Counted from the first letter of the stretch, positions 17,671 through 32,539 are shown. The stretch is DNA of 64,000 nucleotides from Eledone cirrhosa (GCA_964016885.1 OZ024744.1:41602001-41666000); one strand, 5' to 3'. Made by a program: numbers and translations. The notes: a model not told the origin generated them from the letters alone.

Positions 17671-18332
17671 CGCCATATTGTTCATGTTCTTCATCCTTGT
17701 TGCAGCTGTTATTGTAACATTCTCATGCCCACTTTTCCCCTGCGTGTCCACCTCCACCACCAACAACACCACCACCTCCACCAACAACATCATCATCATC
17801 GTCGCCACCAGCATCACTATTAACATTATTATTGTTTTTATATGTTTATTTTCTTATTCTGTGATATAAATTTTATTTTACACAAAAATCCCCATCTTGT
17901 ATCGTCCTGCTTCTGTTCCGTCTTTAATGTTTTCTTAATGTCAGCCCTGTCTGGCTAATAAAGAAATTATTATTATTGGATGGTAAGTATGACTAGAGCG
18001 TCAGAACCCATGCTTTGCAGCATAGAGTTATGGCTTTTTACGTTCTGAGTTCAAATCCCGCCGAGATTAACTTTGCCTTTCCTCCTTACAGGGTCGATAA
18101 AATAAAGTACCAGTAACGTACTGAGGACGATTTAATCGACTCCCCCCCCCCCCGCCCCCACCAAATTACTGGCCTTTCGCCTATACTAGAAATCTTTATT
18201 ATTGTTATCATCCTTATCATCATCATCATCATGACCACTACCATCATCATCAGCAGCATCAGCAATAACATTAGCGTCATCAATATCACCAACAATATCG
18301 ATATTATCAACGTCGTCGGCTTTCATCATTTA

Positions 18333-18842
18333 TTATCAACACCAACATTATCAACACCAACATTATCAACACCAACATTATCAACATCATCATTATCAAC
18401 ACCAACATTATCAACATCATCATTATCAACACCAACATTATCAACATCATCATTATCAACACCAACATTATCAACACCAACATTATCAACATCATCATTA
18501 TCAACACCAACATTATCAACACCAACATTATCAACACCAACATTATCAACACCAACATTATCAACATCATCATTATCAACACCAACATTATCAACATCAT
18601 CATTATCAACACCAACATTATCAACACCAACATTATCAACATCATCATTATCAACACCAACATTATCAACATCATCATTATCAACACCAACATTATCAAC
18701 ACCAACATTATCAACATCATCATTATCAACATCATCATTATCAACACCAACATTATCAACACCAACATTATCAACATCATCATTATCAACACCAACATTA
18801 TCAACACCAACATTATCAACACCAACATTATCAACATCATCG
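18333..18842. repeat. 15-bp minisatellite, 34 units of two variants
   Basis: TTATCAACACCAACA and TTATCAACATCATCA interspersed. Confidence 0.95.
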
Positions 18843-18956
18843 TTGTTAAAATAACCGGTCATTATGTTCTTTTGGATAAGTAATCTTTCTGAGTGTGTGT
18901 GTGGGCGTGTGTATAAATATATACATATATTTATATACATACACACTCATATATAT

Positions 18957-19028
<72 letters not shown>

Positions 19029-19045
19029 ATATAATATATATATAT

Positions 19046-19124
<79 letters not shown>

Positions 19125-19206
19125 ATATTATATATATATACATACATATATATATTATATTATATATATATATAATATATATATATACATACATATATAT
19201 ATATAT

Positions 19207-19322
<116 letters not shown>

Positions 19323-20458
19323 GGATTGGTAGTTATCGGTAGAGCGTCGAACACCGTGCTTCGTGGTATAGAGTTACGGTCCTTATGATCTGAGTTCAAA
19401 TCCCGCCGAGGTTAATTTTGCCTTTCATCCTTACGGGGTCGATAAAATAAAGTACCAGTAATGTACTGGGTATTTGCTGGCCTTGTGCCAAAAGTAGAAA
19501 CAAATTATATATATTATATATATATATATAAATGGCTTCTACAGGACTAGAACTGGAGTACCTTACTTACTGTGGTTACCCCCGATTAAACCAGGGGTAA
19601 ACTTATATATATATATATATAGTTTTAATATAGATGATATTCTACAGGACTAGAACTGTTTCATTCTTTAGAAATCATCAGGAATCCCTGATGAATCCTG
19701 ATGATTTCTAAAGAATGAAACAGTTCTAGTCCTGTAGAATCTCATCTATATTAAAACTTTTATACTCTGCAATGTATTGACTACTTTACTTACTGTGGTT
19801 ACCTCCGATTCAACCCGGAATAACGTATATATATATATATGAGTGTGTATGTATATAAACATATTTATATATTTATATATTTATATATATATTCATATTT
19901 ATAAATATAAATATATATAACAAAGAGGGTGAGGTAAGATACCAGGTGGACCATAACGCATCAGAGTACTCAATACTTCGGATCTAGCTGTCGAAACGGC
20001 TGGAGTTCAGCCGTCGGGGTCCTGATTCTTTTCCTATGTATACATTTAATTATATTAGGTATTATATTAACAATGAAAATAAACTGAGTTCACTGAATTA
20101 CTCGCTATCGTATTACATTGAGCTCTATCTACGGTACGGACCCTAACACGAAAAAAAAACAACAAAAAAACAACAACAACATACCGCAAAAAAAATATAT
20201 ATATAGGAAAAAGTATGACCCCGACGGCAGAGCTCAAACTGTTTCGACGGCTATTTCGACAGCTATTATAGTCCAGAAATAGCAAGCTATTATAGTCCAG
20301 AAATAGCAGTCGAAACGGCTTGAGCTCTGCCGTCGGGGTCATACTTTTTTCCTATTTCCCACTCTACTACCCTAAGTATTGAGTACTCTGGTGCGTTATC
20401 GTCCATCTGGTTCCTTACCACATTTCCTTCGTTATATATATATATATATATATATATA

Positions 20459-20541
20459 GGGTGTCCCAGAAATTGTGTACCCACTTCAACAGTATTGTAA
20501 TCAAAGTGTTTATATTTTTTGGGGGTGAGGAGCACCCTGTA
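20459..20541. mobile_element. Tiny Tc1/mariner-type MITE
   Basis: TA|GGGTGTCCC...CACCCTG|TA termini inside (TA)n. Confidence 0.45.
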
Positions 20542-21270
20542 TATATAAACCTATGTCTGTAAGTAAAGAGACGAATGTGACTTCATCGGATGGTTTTTGG
20601 AAACATCTAATGAGGTGGAGCTAAGATGATGTGGGTTGGAAAGGACGGCGAGTGTTATGTTGGGGGCAGAGAGCTAACCTATCCTCACCAACTATCTTGG
20701 GTACAAACAGTACCGTCCACTTGCACACCATATCCCCGACCGCTTTTATATTTCTCTTATTGGTGCATATGAACGAACACTTGTTTGTTATATGAACATT
20801 GACACACATCACAAAGTTGATTTTGCATTTTTTTTTTACACACACATACATACACACGTACAAACACACACGCACACATATATATATAACTGTTTCTACA
20901 TTTGGCACAAGGCCAGCAATTATCCAGTGCATTACTGGTATTAACAATTGTTTCTACTTTTGGCACAAGGCCAACAATTATCCCAGTGCGTTACTGAAAT
21001 AAAGCACCAGTAATGCACTGGGTTTTGCTGGCCTTTTACATTCATTTAAATTATTGATGTATTGTTTTATTGATATTTTTTATCTGTTTGTCCCGAATCT
21101 TCTATTATCGATTTTTTATCGTATGGTTGATTGTAGACTTGTTCTATATGTGACGGTATTTTAACGATAGTTATAGCTCTGATTCATCTGAATTATTGAG
21201 CCCTCTGCCGCTCATTTCGAATATTGTTTATCGTGAACTCGTGCGCCGATTTTTCGATACTCGATCTTTC

Positions 21271-21346
<76 letters not shown>

Positions 21347-21777
21347 TGTACACACATACACTTACACAGGCAAACGTCTGTGTAAATATCGTGCGTGTAA
21401 ATGTGTATAGAGTTTGTATAGATGTATATACAGATATAAAAAGACGTACACATGCATACACATACACACATGCAGACAGACACACACGCACACTCGCTCT
21501 CTCTCTCTCACACACACACACAGACAGATGTTTGCTTTTGTGTGTGCGCGTGCGTATTGGTTTGGTTGGACCTCTGTCAGCAACGATGACAAGTGTTCAA
21601 TAACGTGAAAAGAACGTGAATATTTGGTAAATACCCGGGGAGATTAATCTGACAAGGGTGGTCCTTTGAACTACAGATATAAATCCCTCTCTTTCTTTTT
21701 CTCTTTCTCCCCCTCTCTCTCTATCTCTCTCGCTTTCTCACTCTCTCTCTTTCGCTCTCAATATACACACACATACA

Positions 21778-21984
<207 letters not shown>

Positions 21985-22022
21985 GCATATATACATATAC
22001 ATATATACCTATATATATATAC

Positions 22023-22077
<55 letters not shown>

Positions 22078-23099
22078 CATAGGTGTATATATGTATATAT
22101 ATGTGTGTGTAATATATGTATGTACATAAATATGTGTGTGTGTGTATGTATACATATATATGATGGCTGGCCCCTCGTTATATAAATACAGTAACACATA
22201 TATATATAGGTAGATAGATACACACACACATACACACACATATATATAATTGTTTTTACTTTTGGCACAAGGCCAGCAATTATCTCTGTGTATTACTGGT
22301 ACTTTATTTAATCGACCCTGTAAGGATGAAAGGCAAAGTTAACCTCGGCGGGATTTTAACTCAGACCATAAAGGGTCGTAACTCTATGCTTCAAAGCATG
22401 GCGTCCGACCCTCCACCGATACTGCCAATCCACCGCCCTACATTTATATAATGTATATTTGTTTGTGTGTGTGTGTGTGTATGTATATGTGTGTGTTTGT
22501 ATGTGTGTAAATATGCAAATCAACTATGCACAAAAAAAAAAAATAGTAATGATAGTAAATATATATATATACACACACACACACATATATATATATACAG
22601 ATACACACATATACACATACATATGCATACATAAACATACATATACATATATACATATACATATACACACATACACATATATATATACATACACACATAT
22701 ACACATACAGATGCATACATATAGATGTATACATATACATATACACACATACACATATATATATATACATACACACATATACACATACATATGCATACAT
22801 AAACATACATATACATGTATACATATTCACACATACACACATACATAGCATGCATACATGTACATACACATTCACACATATATACATGTATGCATATACA
22901 TACACACACATATACACATACATAGACATACATATACATACACACACACATATACATACATATACACATACATAGACATACATACATATACATACACACA
23001 CACATATACACATACATATACACATACCTAGACATACATACATATACATACACACACGTATGCACACCCACACACATTCATACATATAAATACACACAC

Positions 23100-23455
23100 A
23101 ATAACAATTAACGGTGCCGCGATCGAATGTGGCTTTTTAGCCCAGCCAATGATCTAAAATGTCTTGCACAAGTTGGCACCCAAAACATTCACTGGGAATA
23201 GCCGGCCGTGGTTGGAGTTCATGTACTTTTGCATGTCGTTTGAGACCTCCTGCTGATTTACATTCTCTACCACATGCTTGGCAAGGATGATGAGTAGCAT
23301 CTCCAACAGCAGCCTGGTAGTCAACCACTGGTCTTACTTTATGACTGCGAAGATGACTTTAGAGTCCAGCTTTGTTGATGCAGAGTCTCGCACAGACGCT
23401 GCATGTCAGCGCCATAGGAGGACCTTCGCTGCGTGAAAATGCAACAACAGCATTA
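23100..23455 (-). mobile_element. 3' fragment of the BovB-like RTE (C2H2 zinc-finger tail)
   Basis: CSVCARLCINKAGL, CQACGRECKSAGGLKRHAKVH; homologous to 36110-36460. Confidence 0.85.
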
Positions 23456-23760
23456 ATATACATACATACATACGTACGTACATACATACATTCATTCATC
23501 CATACATGCATGCATGCATACATACACACATACATACATACAAACATACATACATACATACACATAGTATGAATGTATAGTCACATGGAAAACCCCGGGG
23601 TACTCACATCCAAATAAACCTCTATATAAGTCATATACCCATATGCTTGTGTATGTTTACAGATATACACATTAATGGAACGCTCCCAATCTGTCGATAT
23701 GCTTATGCACATACACACATAAACACATATATACGTATATTCATATATGCGAATGTTTGC

Positions 23761-23791
<31 letters not shown>

Positions 23792-24932
23792 TGTATGTAT
23801 GTATGTATGTATGTATACGTATGTATGTATGTATGTATGTATGTATGTATGTGTGTATGTATGTATGTATATGTGTGTGTGCGTGCATATATATATATAT
23901 ATATATATATGTAACCCGAGGTAGAGACATAACCCGAGGGTAGAGACATAATCCTGGTGTGTGTGTACGCATTTCTTCTAACTTTAATTTTATACCTAAT
24001 TGTGTATGGTTGACGGTATATTTAGTCGATTTCCACGTGCTGTTGAAATGTTGGGTAAACATTCTATGGCGGTCGGCCGCGAAGAGGCTGCTATCGTTTA
24101 TTTATTTACTGTTTCTTCATAGGTGCCTTTTAATCTTATAGCCTGGTCCAATTGATTTTTTATGTGGTTGATTATGCTAATTGGGAGAGGAAATTGTGTA
24201 TATATATTATCAAATGAGTCTATGGACATAATTTATAGTATATTGCTCTGATTATTTAATTTATTAATTCATCATTGAGCCATATCGTGAATGGTTTCCA
24301 AAACAAAAACATATATATCTGTGACTTTGTTTAGTTTGTGTATATGAAAATCTTTATATTTAATAATCTCCCATTAGGTTGCGATGCAATTTGGGCAATA
24401 TTGGGCTGCGCTTTCTAGCAACCAGCCTACACGCCGTAAGCAACCAATCACATTCTTTCTGACTTGACCACTGCCACGTCACGATTCTTAGCCATTTTGA
24501 ATTTGTTTCTGGCGGGGATCACTTTAGAAAATTACTTGTCCTATGAGTTTGTTTCCTGGCGAGTTCGAAGCTCGAGATTTAATCCTTAGTAGGATATTTC
24601 AAAATGCGAACGAAACCCGAGGATAGAAACTTAATCTTGGTAAGTTTGTACGCATTTCTTCTAACTTTAATTTTATACCTAATTGTGTATGGTTGACGGT
24701 ATATTTAGTGATTTCCACGTGCTGTTGAAATGTTGGGTAAATATTCTATGGCGGTCGGCCGCGAAGAGGCTGCTGTCGTTTATTTATCTAATATTTCTTC
24801 ATAGGTGCCTTTTAATCTTATAGCCTGGTCTAATTGATTTTTTATGTGGTTGATTATACTAATTGGGAGAGGAAATTGTGTATATATATTATCAAATGAT
24901 TCTATGGACATACTTTATAGTATATATATATA

Positions 24933-25658
24933 CATATATATAAAACTGAAGTTGTCTGTGTGTATGTGTCCTAATTTTGGAAAGTCTATACAAATCCACA
25001 TTTCTACTCCGATTGACTTCAAACTTGCATGTATATATTCCTTGCGGTCTAAAGATATTAACTACAGTTTTTATTTTTCAATTTTCTGTTGTTAAAAGGC
25101 GTTTTTTGTTTCACTAAAACTTTAAGCCCTTTTTTTTCAGTTCGGCAATTTTGTCTACAATTTTCAAGAGAGACAACTCTTTAGTATTTTGAAAGAGTTA
25201 CCTCTCTTTATAGACTATATTATCCCTACTTAAACTTGAAATTGTTGATGGTGACCCCAATAGTAACTCCGAAGCGTTCGGCATCCGATATAACAGTTCG
25301 GTCTATATCAGATTGGGTAGATTTTTGTAACCTTAAATGTATCCAACTAAATTCCTTCATGCTCTCCACCACTGCAGTCCCACATGCTTACTGCTCTGTA
25401 ACTTTCATTGTACCATAGCACAGCAAATATATGTTCGGTTTGTCGAATGCCTTTTTACTTAACCCTATCCTCTTGACTTTCGTGGGTTGAATATTTTACT
25501 CCCAGGCACCCAATTAAGTTAAACCCCTGGTATTCTACGACGAATTATTTTATAAGCACAACATGTAGATACCATCCCCGGGCCGAGTTATTTCGTACTT
25601 CTTTGTACTGTTTCAATCTATGTTTAGAAGCCCGAGCAACGCCGGGTCATTCTTCTAG
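24933..25658 (+). mobile_element. Non-autonomous Helitron
   Basis: 5' TATATATAAAACTGAAGTTGTCTGTGTGT; 3' hairpin CCCGagcaacgCCGGG, then TCATTCTT-CTAG|T, nearly identical to the 46908 terminus. Confidence 0.8.
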
Positions 25659-25682
25659 TATATATATGTATATATATATATA

Positions 25683-26160
25683 TAGCTACTGTCACTCAGA
25701 GAGTGGGATTGGCTCAGTGCACAGTCTTTCCTCACTTTAAAAAAAATCTTCACGCACAAGCATTGCACGATAGAATTAATTAATAATTATTAATAATGTT
25801 ATATCGTGCAATGGCCATACGCTATAAGGAGGGGACAGCCATTGCACGATATAACAATATTAATAATTATCAATTAATTCTATCGTGCAATGCCTGTGCG
25901 TGAAGATTTTTTTAAAAGTGGGGAAAGACTGTGCACTGAGCCAATCCCATTCTCTGAGTGACAGTAGCTATAACCCGAAAATAAGAAAAGATCAATATCA
26001 TCGATAACTACTGAGCCGCAGCTTTTATGTCGGAGTTAACCCAGTTTCCTGAGTTGCCTTCGCCTAGATGAATACCCTGAGAAAGGCTGAGGGTCCTTCA
26101 TTCCCAGTGGTTTAACCGCGTGATCGGGTATCCAGCCCGATCATTTCTATGTCCCTGCGC
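25683..26160. mobile_element. Palindromic derivative of the RTE 5' UTR
   Basis: 25850-26160 matches 39685-39965; 25683-25812 is its inverted copy. Confidence 0.75.
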
Positions 26161-26535
26161 ATATACATACATATACATGTATACATGTATATACATATAT
26201 TCATATACATACATATGTATACAAGCGTTAACCTAATATATGTATATACATACATATATATACATATACATATTTTCACATTTTCGGATGGCCGTTGACT
26301 CTTATGAGTTCTTTTGCCCTTTGTCAGGTTTTGTTTTTCGTCCTGCAGGGTGTCCAAAATCACCCTCCTCACCAGGTAAACTAGGTGAGGTTCCCGGTTT
26401 AGTCGCCGACGACCCGACTATGTGACAGGTTGTACTGGGTTACATGTTTACAGTAGCCCTGAAGAGTGACCCGACATATATATATACACACACACATATC
26501 TATGTGTGTATGTATATATACGTACACACACGCAC

Positions 26536-26647
<112 letters not shown>

Positions 26648-26884
26648 TATATATATAAGGGGTTGAAACGGCCAAAGTCCATTTCAACGGACAACAACCC
26701 AGGAGTTTTGTGTCCTTCATTTGTATTTTTATTTTTTAAAAATAATTTTTAAGGTTTCCTCTTAAAAAATTGTCTTTTGTTTTGCCTTCTTTCCGTTCGT
26801 TGTCTTGTCATCTGTTAATTTTGTTAAGTTTATGTATATATATATATATACATCCATAAACTTAAGAAAATTAACATATATATA

Positions 26885-27396
26885 TATGAATGTATGTATA
26901 GTATATTTGGCAATATACTGTTTGTTTAATTAAAAAACATTTAGAAGACCGTACGCTATGAGTTTTAAAGTAGTGATTATGTCACTTATTCTCGTCAAAA
27001 ACAACAGAGAGCGGCCGACAGACAGTCTTTTTCCCGCTTGTGAGCGTTTATCAAGACCACACACTCGGCTGCCTTTGCCGAGAATTATAGAGGCTGGATT
27101 CTTATAGAATTCCAGCAATAATCAGGAGCTGATTATACAGAACTATTGCCGGCCCAGCTTAAATTAAGTATTAGTATAGGTGCTCTGAAATAGCGATGTA
27201 TACATGAATGTATGTATAGTATATTTGGCAATATATATGGACAAATTCGCCCGTTTCTGCAGTTAGATCCGAACTGAGTACTCTGGTGGATAATGGTCTA
27301 ACTGGTATTTACCGCCTCCATTCTAATATATATATATATATATACGATATTAACAAATGGAAACTATATTTATAAAATCATATTTATTTCATTATA

Positions 27397-27448
<52 letters not shown>

Positions 27449-28270
27449 CACACACACGCACACGCACACACACACACACGCACACACATATATATATGGA
27501 GAGAGAGAAATATACATACATATATATACATATATATATAAATATATATATATATTAGAATTGGAGCTCTGAAATAGCAATAAATATATGGATGTATATA
27601 TAATGTATTTTGCAATAATTTTGCTTAATTAAAAGCATTTTGAAGACCGTAAGCTATTGTTTTAAAGTAGTGACAAATTCACTCTCTTTGATCTCAGCAA
27701 ACAGGGGAGATAAGCCGACAAGGCCTTGTTTCGCTTTTGTTGAAGCTTATCAAGGCTAACTACTCCCTCCTGTCTGCCGAGATCACTGATGTTATATTCT
27801 TATAGAATTCTAGTAAATAATCAGGAACTGATTATACAGAGCGGTTGTTGGTCAGGCAGAAATTAAAAATTAGAATTGGAGCTCTGAAATAGCAATATAT
27901 ATATGGATGTATATATAATGTATTTTGCAATACACTTTATGCTTAATTAAAAGCATTTTGAAGACCGTAAGCTATTGTTTTAAAGTAGTGACAAATTCAC
28001 TCACTTTGATCTCAGCAAACAGGGGAGATAAGCCGACAAGGCCTTGTTTTGCTTTTAACATCAGTGATCTCGGCAGACCAGGAGGGAGTAGTTAGCCTTG
28101 ATAAGCTTCAATAAAAGCGAAACAAGGCCTTGTCGGCTTATCTCCCCTGTTTGCTGAGATCAAAGTGAGTGAATTTGTCACTACTTTAAAACAATAGCTT
28201 ACGGTCTTCAAAATGCTTTTAATTAAGCATAAAGTGTATTGAAAAATACATTATATATACATCCATATAT
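26885..28270. repeat. ~315-bp terminally redundant repeat family in direct and inverted copies
   Basis: Periods 318 (26886/27204) and 315 (27571/27886); 28100-28270 is an inverted copy of about 27895-28055. Confidence 0.8.
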
Positions 28271-28400
28271 ATATATATATTAATAAGAGGAATTCCAACT
28301 TTGTCTGATTTACTCGTTTTATTTACAATCCTTTAAAATTTATAATGGTATTATAATGAAATAGTATGATAGAATATTAAATTCTAAGTGTTAATTGAAC

Positions 28401-28437
28401 GAACAAGTACTTTCATGCTTTCGCAATCTTCAGGTTC
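28401..28437 (-). ncRNA. Minimal type I hammerhead ribozyme
   Basis: GAAC-CTGAAGA-T-TGC[GAAA]GCA-T-GAAA-GTAC-TT^GTTC; GNRA-capped stem II, palindromic stem III AGTACT. Confidence 0.85.
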
Positions 28438-28640
28438 ATAATATGTGGTGACAGTCAAGTTTGCAATTTTCAACTGTATATTTATCTATCTATCTATCTA
28501 TCTATCTATATATATATATATATATATAAGTATGTATATATAGAGGTAGAACACTGGAAGGTAATATCTGTAGTGCTAGGGCACTCAGTCCATGGGATGA
28601 ATTAGGTAGAAGTGGTAACACAACAGTTAGTTCACCAAAC

Positions 28641-28678
28641 CGAGAACAATTGTTTCACCTTAGCGGATCTTCAGCTCG
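28641..28678 (-). ncRNA. Minimal type I hammerhead ribozyme (left arm of inverted doublet 28615-28748)
   Basis: CGAG-CTGAAGA-TCC[GCTAA]GGT-GAAA-CAATTG-TT^CTCG; palindromic stem III ACAATTGT; decayed mirror copy at 28683-28717. Confidence 0.85.
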
Positions 28679-28743
28679 CACTCTGAAGTTCCGCTCAGGT
28701 GAAAGAATTGTTCTCGGTTTGGTGAACTAATTGTTGTGTTACC

Positions 28744-28885
<142 letters not shown>

Positions 28886-29494
28886 ATAGGGAGAAAGAGA
28901 CGATTATGAGGAAGAAAAATTTTTTTTTTCCCATTTTTTTGTCTCTCTCTCTCTCTTTTCTCTGGGTTAGAGAATGATTAAAACGAAATGTTTTACTTTG
29001 TGTGAAGTGTTAAGGTCTTAGTTGATTTATTTATTATTTAACAATGGCATTTATTTATCTATTTATATATTTAATTATTGTCTATTACCGGTTTCTGCAT
29101 TTATATGCATTATCAAATGATAGTGAAATGTATTAGTGTGGTGTCGCACATGTTAAACAGAAGGTGCAGAAAGAATAATGTTATATACAAACAAGGTTTA
29201 AGAAGTGAAAAGAAAAAAGAAAAAGGAAACAAAAAATGTGCATAATGTGGAACGTAAAAAGTCAATGTGGAAGAAAAGTTAATGTTATTTACAAGCACAG
29301 TCATTGAAGTTAAGCAGTTCAAAATGTGTTTAGTTGAACCATGGTTCCGCGAAGAAGGCAAATGGTGGACTGTGGTTTGATATGATTTCCCTTCTTAGAA
29401 GTTAATATGCAGGGGGAAGCAATTCTTGCTGGGTGATATTTAATTAATTTAAGAAAAAGGATATATGTATATATATATATATATATATATGTAT

Positions 29495-29968
29495 GTAGAT
29501 AAATCTACCAAAATATACGGTAGTGTCCAATCCGTATGAAGAACTCAATGTAATCCAAATATCATGAAAAGAGAAGATGTATTCAAAAATCTTTTCGAGG
29601 AAAATCACAGGAAAACAGAGTCAAGATAAATTAATACAAAACAATGAATAAAAACAAAGAAACAGTTCCTTATATTAAAAAATTCATCATTTTGCGATCG
29701 TTTCTAGGATATATATATGTGTGTTGGTATGTATATCATATAGATCTATGTAAAAATGTTACAAACTATCAGAGGAAATATACATACCTACACATATTTT
29801 CTGAAGACAGCACATATATGTATGTATGTATATTCCCTCTGATAGTTTGTAACATTTTTACATAGATCTATATGATATACATACCAACACACACATATAT
29901 ATCCTAAAAACGATCGTAAAATGATGAATTTTTTAATATAAGGAACTGTTTCTTTGTTTTTATTAATT

Positions 29969-29970
<2 letters not shown>
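29495..29970. mobile_element. Inverted doublet of the long-stem-II HHR module (HHR 29797-29925 +, GAAA mutated to AAAA)
   Basis: Same family as 7325-8040; ATTTT-CTGAAGA-CAG...CTA-AAAA-CGATCG-TA-AAAT. Confidence 0.7.
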
Positions 29971-30033
<63 letters not shown>

Positions 30034-30169
30034 GTGTGTAAGTGTATAAATACGTGTGTGTGTGTGTGGAAGTAGATGATCTCCTAACTTTGACTAAATA
30101 GAATAATCTGTAGACATAATTACATCTTCAGCATGATGCCTTATATTCATTCACCTTTGGTGAACGAAA

Positions 30170-30390
30170 TATTGACTAGAAGACGTTCATGTCGTCAGTT
30201 TTCAATGTTCATGGGTGTTTCAACCCTCAACTGTATGACACTTTCGCTGGTGGGTCTGCAGTAGTGGCCAAATTATTGCTCATCTTCGCCTCTTGGCTTC
30301 CAGTTTATGTCCTCTCTTCTGCTCCAAAACCAGCAAGAGGCCCTTTCTGCTGCCTCATCCATCCTGCGAACTGCACAAAAATAAAACTGG
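30170..30390 (-). mobile_element. 3' fragment of a HERO-like non-LTR retrotransposon
   Basis: Minus strand reads AVRRMDEAAERASCWFWSRREDINWKP, matching the HERO C-terminal EAAERASxWLW motif (from recall). Confidence 0.6.
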
Positions 30391-30581
30391 AGATCACCAC
30401 TCTGCTGATGCCCATCGTTTTGTGTTCATTGCTGTTATATGCCCCGTTATTATTTGACTATTTTATATAGTCAAAGTTACAGCGACAACTTCTAATTCAA
30501 TTTTCAAATTCCACCTCCACACACACATATATATATATATTATATGGCAACAATATTTTATTTCAAATTATATAATTGACG

Positions 30582-30710
30582 ATTCCTCTGATGGATGATT
30601 CGCGTCTCCCAATAATTTAATAAAAATCGACAGTTGGTAATCGATGATCGATTACTCAGATTGATTTTGATTTCTGGTATTTCGAATCATGAAATAGCGC
30701 TACCAGAAAT
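30582..30710 (+). ncRNA. Degenerate hammerhead with long stem II insert
   Basis: ATTCCT-CTGATGG-ATGATTCG...CGAATCAT-GAAA-TAGCGCTA-CC-AGAAAT; core A9 and U16.1 altered, palindromic stem III retained. Confidence 0.55.
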
Positions 30711-32068
30711 GTTATTTTTTCCATCTAAAGTGAATATGTTTCCTTGAAATACAAGACACTGAGTTTTCTCATAAGATATATGGTCCTTTGTCTCTCTCTC
30801 TATAAACACACACACACACGCACACGCACGAATACACACACACTAACACACACACACAGGGATATAGAGAAAGAAATACAGACGCAAAATGTACATTTGT
30901 CAATATGTATGCATGCATATATGTAAGTATGTATGTATGTATGCATGTATGTATGTACGTATAGATGGATGGATGTATGTATATGTGTATGTAATTATGT
31001 ATATGCGTATGTATGTATGTATGTATGTATGTATGTATGTATGTATGTATGTATGTATGTATGTATGTATGTATGTATGAATGCATGTATGTTTGTATAT
31101 ATGTATGTATATGTCGGGTCACTCTTGAGTGCTACAGGTAACATGTAACCCTGTACCACCTGTCGCATGGTCGAGTCATCGGCGACTAAACCGGCAACCC
31201 ACCAAGTTTACCTGGTGAGGAGGGTGATTTTGGACACCCTGCAGGACAAAAAACAAAACCTGGCAAAGGGCGGAAGAACTCATAAGAGTCAACGGCTATC
31301 CAAAAATGTATAAATATGTATATAGACATTTACATATGTATGTATATATGTATATATGTATAGGCATGTATACAGAGTGAAAGTAAGCAGTTGCAGAAAT
31401 GATTTCAATCAGTTAAGATGTAGTAAAAAGATTCTCACACAGACTCCTGTCGGTTTCGCTCCCTCTCTCTCTCACCACCCCCGCCCCCTCTCATTCTTCC
31501 TCTCCTTCTTCCCTAACTCTCTTGGACACTGTCTCCCTCTCTCTTGGTCTCTTGCTGCCAGGCATTACAGAAGTACAATAAATACAATCTTTTGAATCAT
31601 TGCATACACGCATATATCACAACAACCCATGCCTTGTTTTCATTACATTTTGAACAATAGCCTCGAAGCAGGCTATTAACTTAATAAATATATTTTAGTA
31701 GCGATCATGTTTTATTTGTTCATTCATCGGCATTTCACGCAGGGCTTATATATGATCAACCTCAAAGCCAACAATAATTACTACTACAACTTCTGCCACG
31801 CTACAACGAACAGAAGCCACCGAAAAACGGACAAATATCCATTCTATCCACCAATAACGCCCATCGCAACATTGGTTACCTTTATCGCTACATCTAGATT
31901 ACATTCTATCCCTACAACGAAAACATACATATTCGCTACATACCATTACCCCCCCCACACACACACACACACACATACACGTATATATATATAATAAAAA
32001 TAATAATTGTTTCTACTTTATTTTTATCGACATGAGATTTTTCCTGCTGGCAGCATATCACTAAATCG

Positions 32069-32160
32069 GTTTTCATCTGAGGATACCGTTCTCACAACAA
32101 CAAATGCATGAAGGACTTCTCGATTGTATGGAGAACCGTGGAAATAATTATAATGTAAAC
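32069..32160 (+). ncRNA. Type I hammerhead ribozyme
   Basis: GTTTTCAT-CTGAGGA-TACCGTTCTC...GAGAACCGTG-GAAA-TAATTA-TA^ATGTAAAC; palindromic stem III ATAATTAT. Confidence 0.8.
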
Positions 32161-32391
32161 GATATATGTAACATCAGTATTATTATTTTTGTTATTCATC
32201 CTTACGGGGTCGTTAAAATAAAGTACTAGTAATACACTGGGATAATTGCTGTCCTTGTACCAAAAGTAGAAACAATTATTATTTTTGTTAATTTTATAAA
32301 ATCTCCATCGTAACTAAAAACTACGAATGTTGAGAGATTACTCCTGTTTTTACAAAAACAATCTCTTCGGAACACACACACACACGCACAC

Positions 32392-32539
<148 letters not shown>

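Noticed and set aside
17314-17869. Poly-K/R and poly-F/L ORFs
   Set aside because: (TTC)n repeat.
18231-18946. Mucin-like (LSTPT)n or (DNVGV)n protein, or a CRISPR-like array
   Set aside because: Contiguous 15-bp tandem units with no spacers, open in several frames only because the unit lacks stops; eukaryotic context with no cas genes.
19641-19745. CTGATGA-TTTC..GAAT-GAAA motif in an inverted doublet (also 12257-12300)
   Set aside because: Core and stem II fit an HHR, but stems I and III could not be paired cleanly by eye; not counted as intact.
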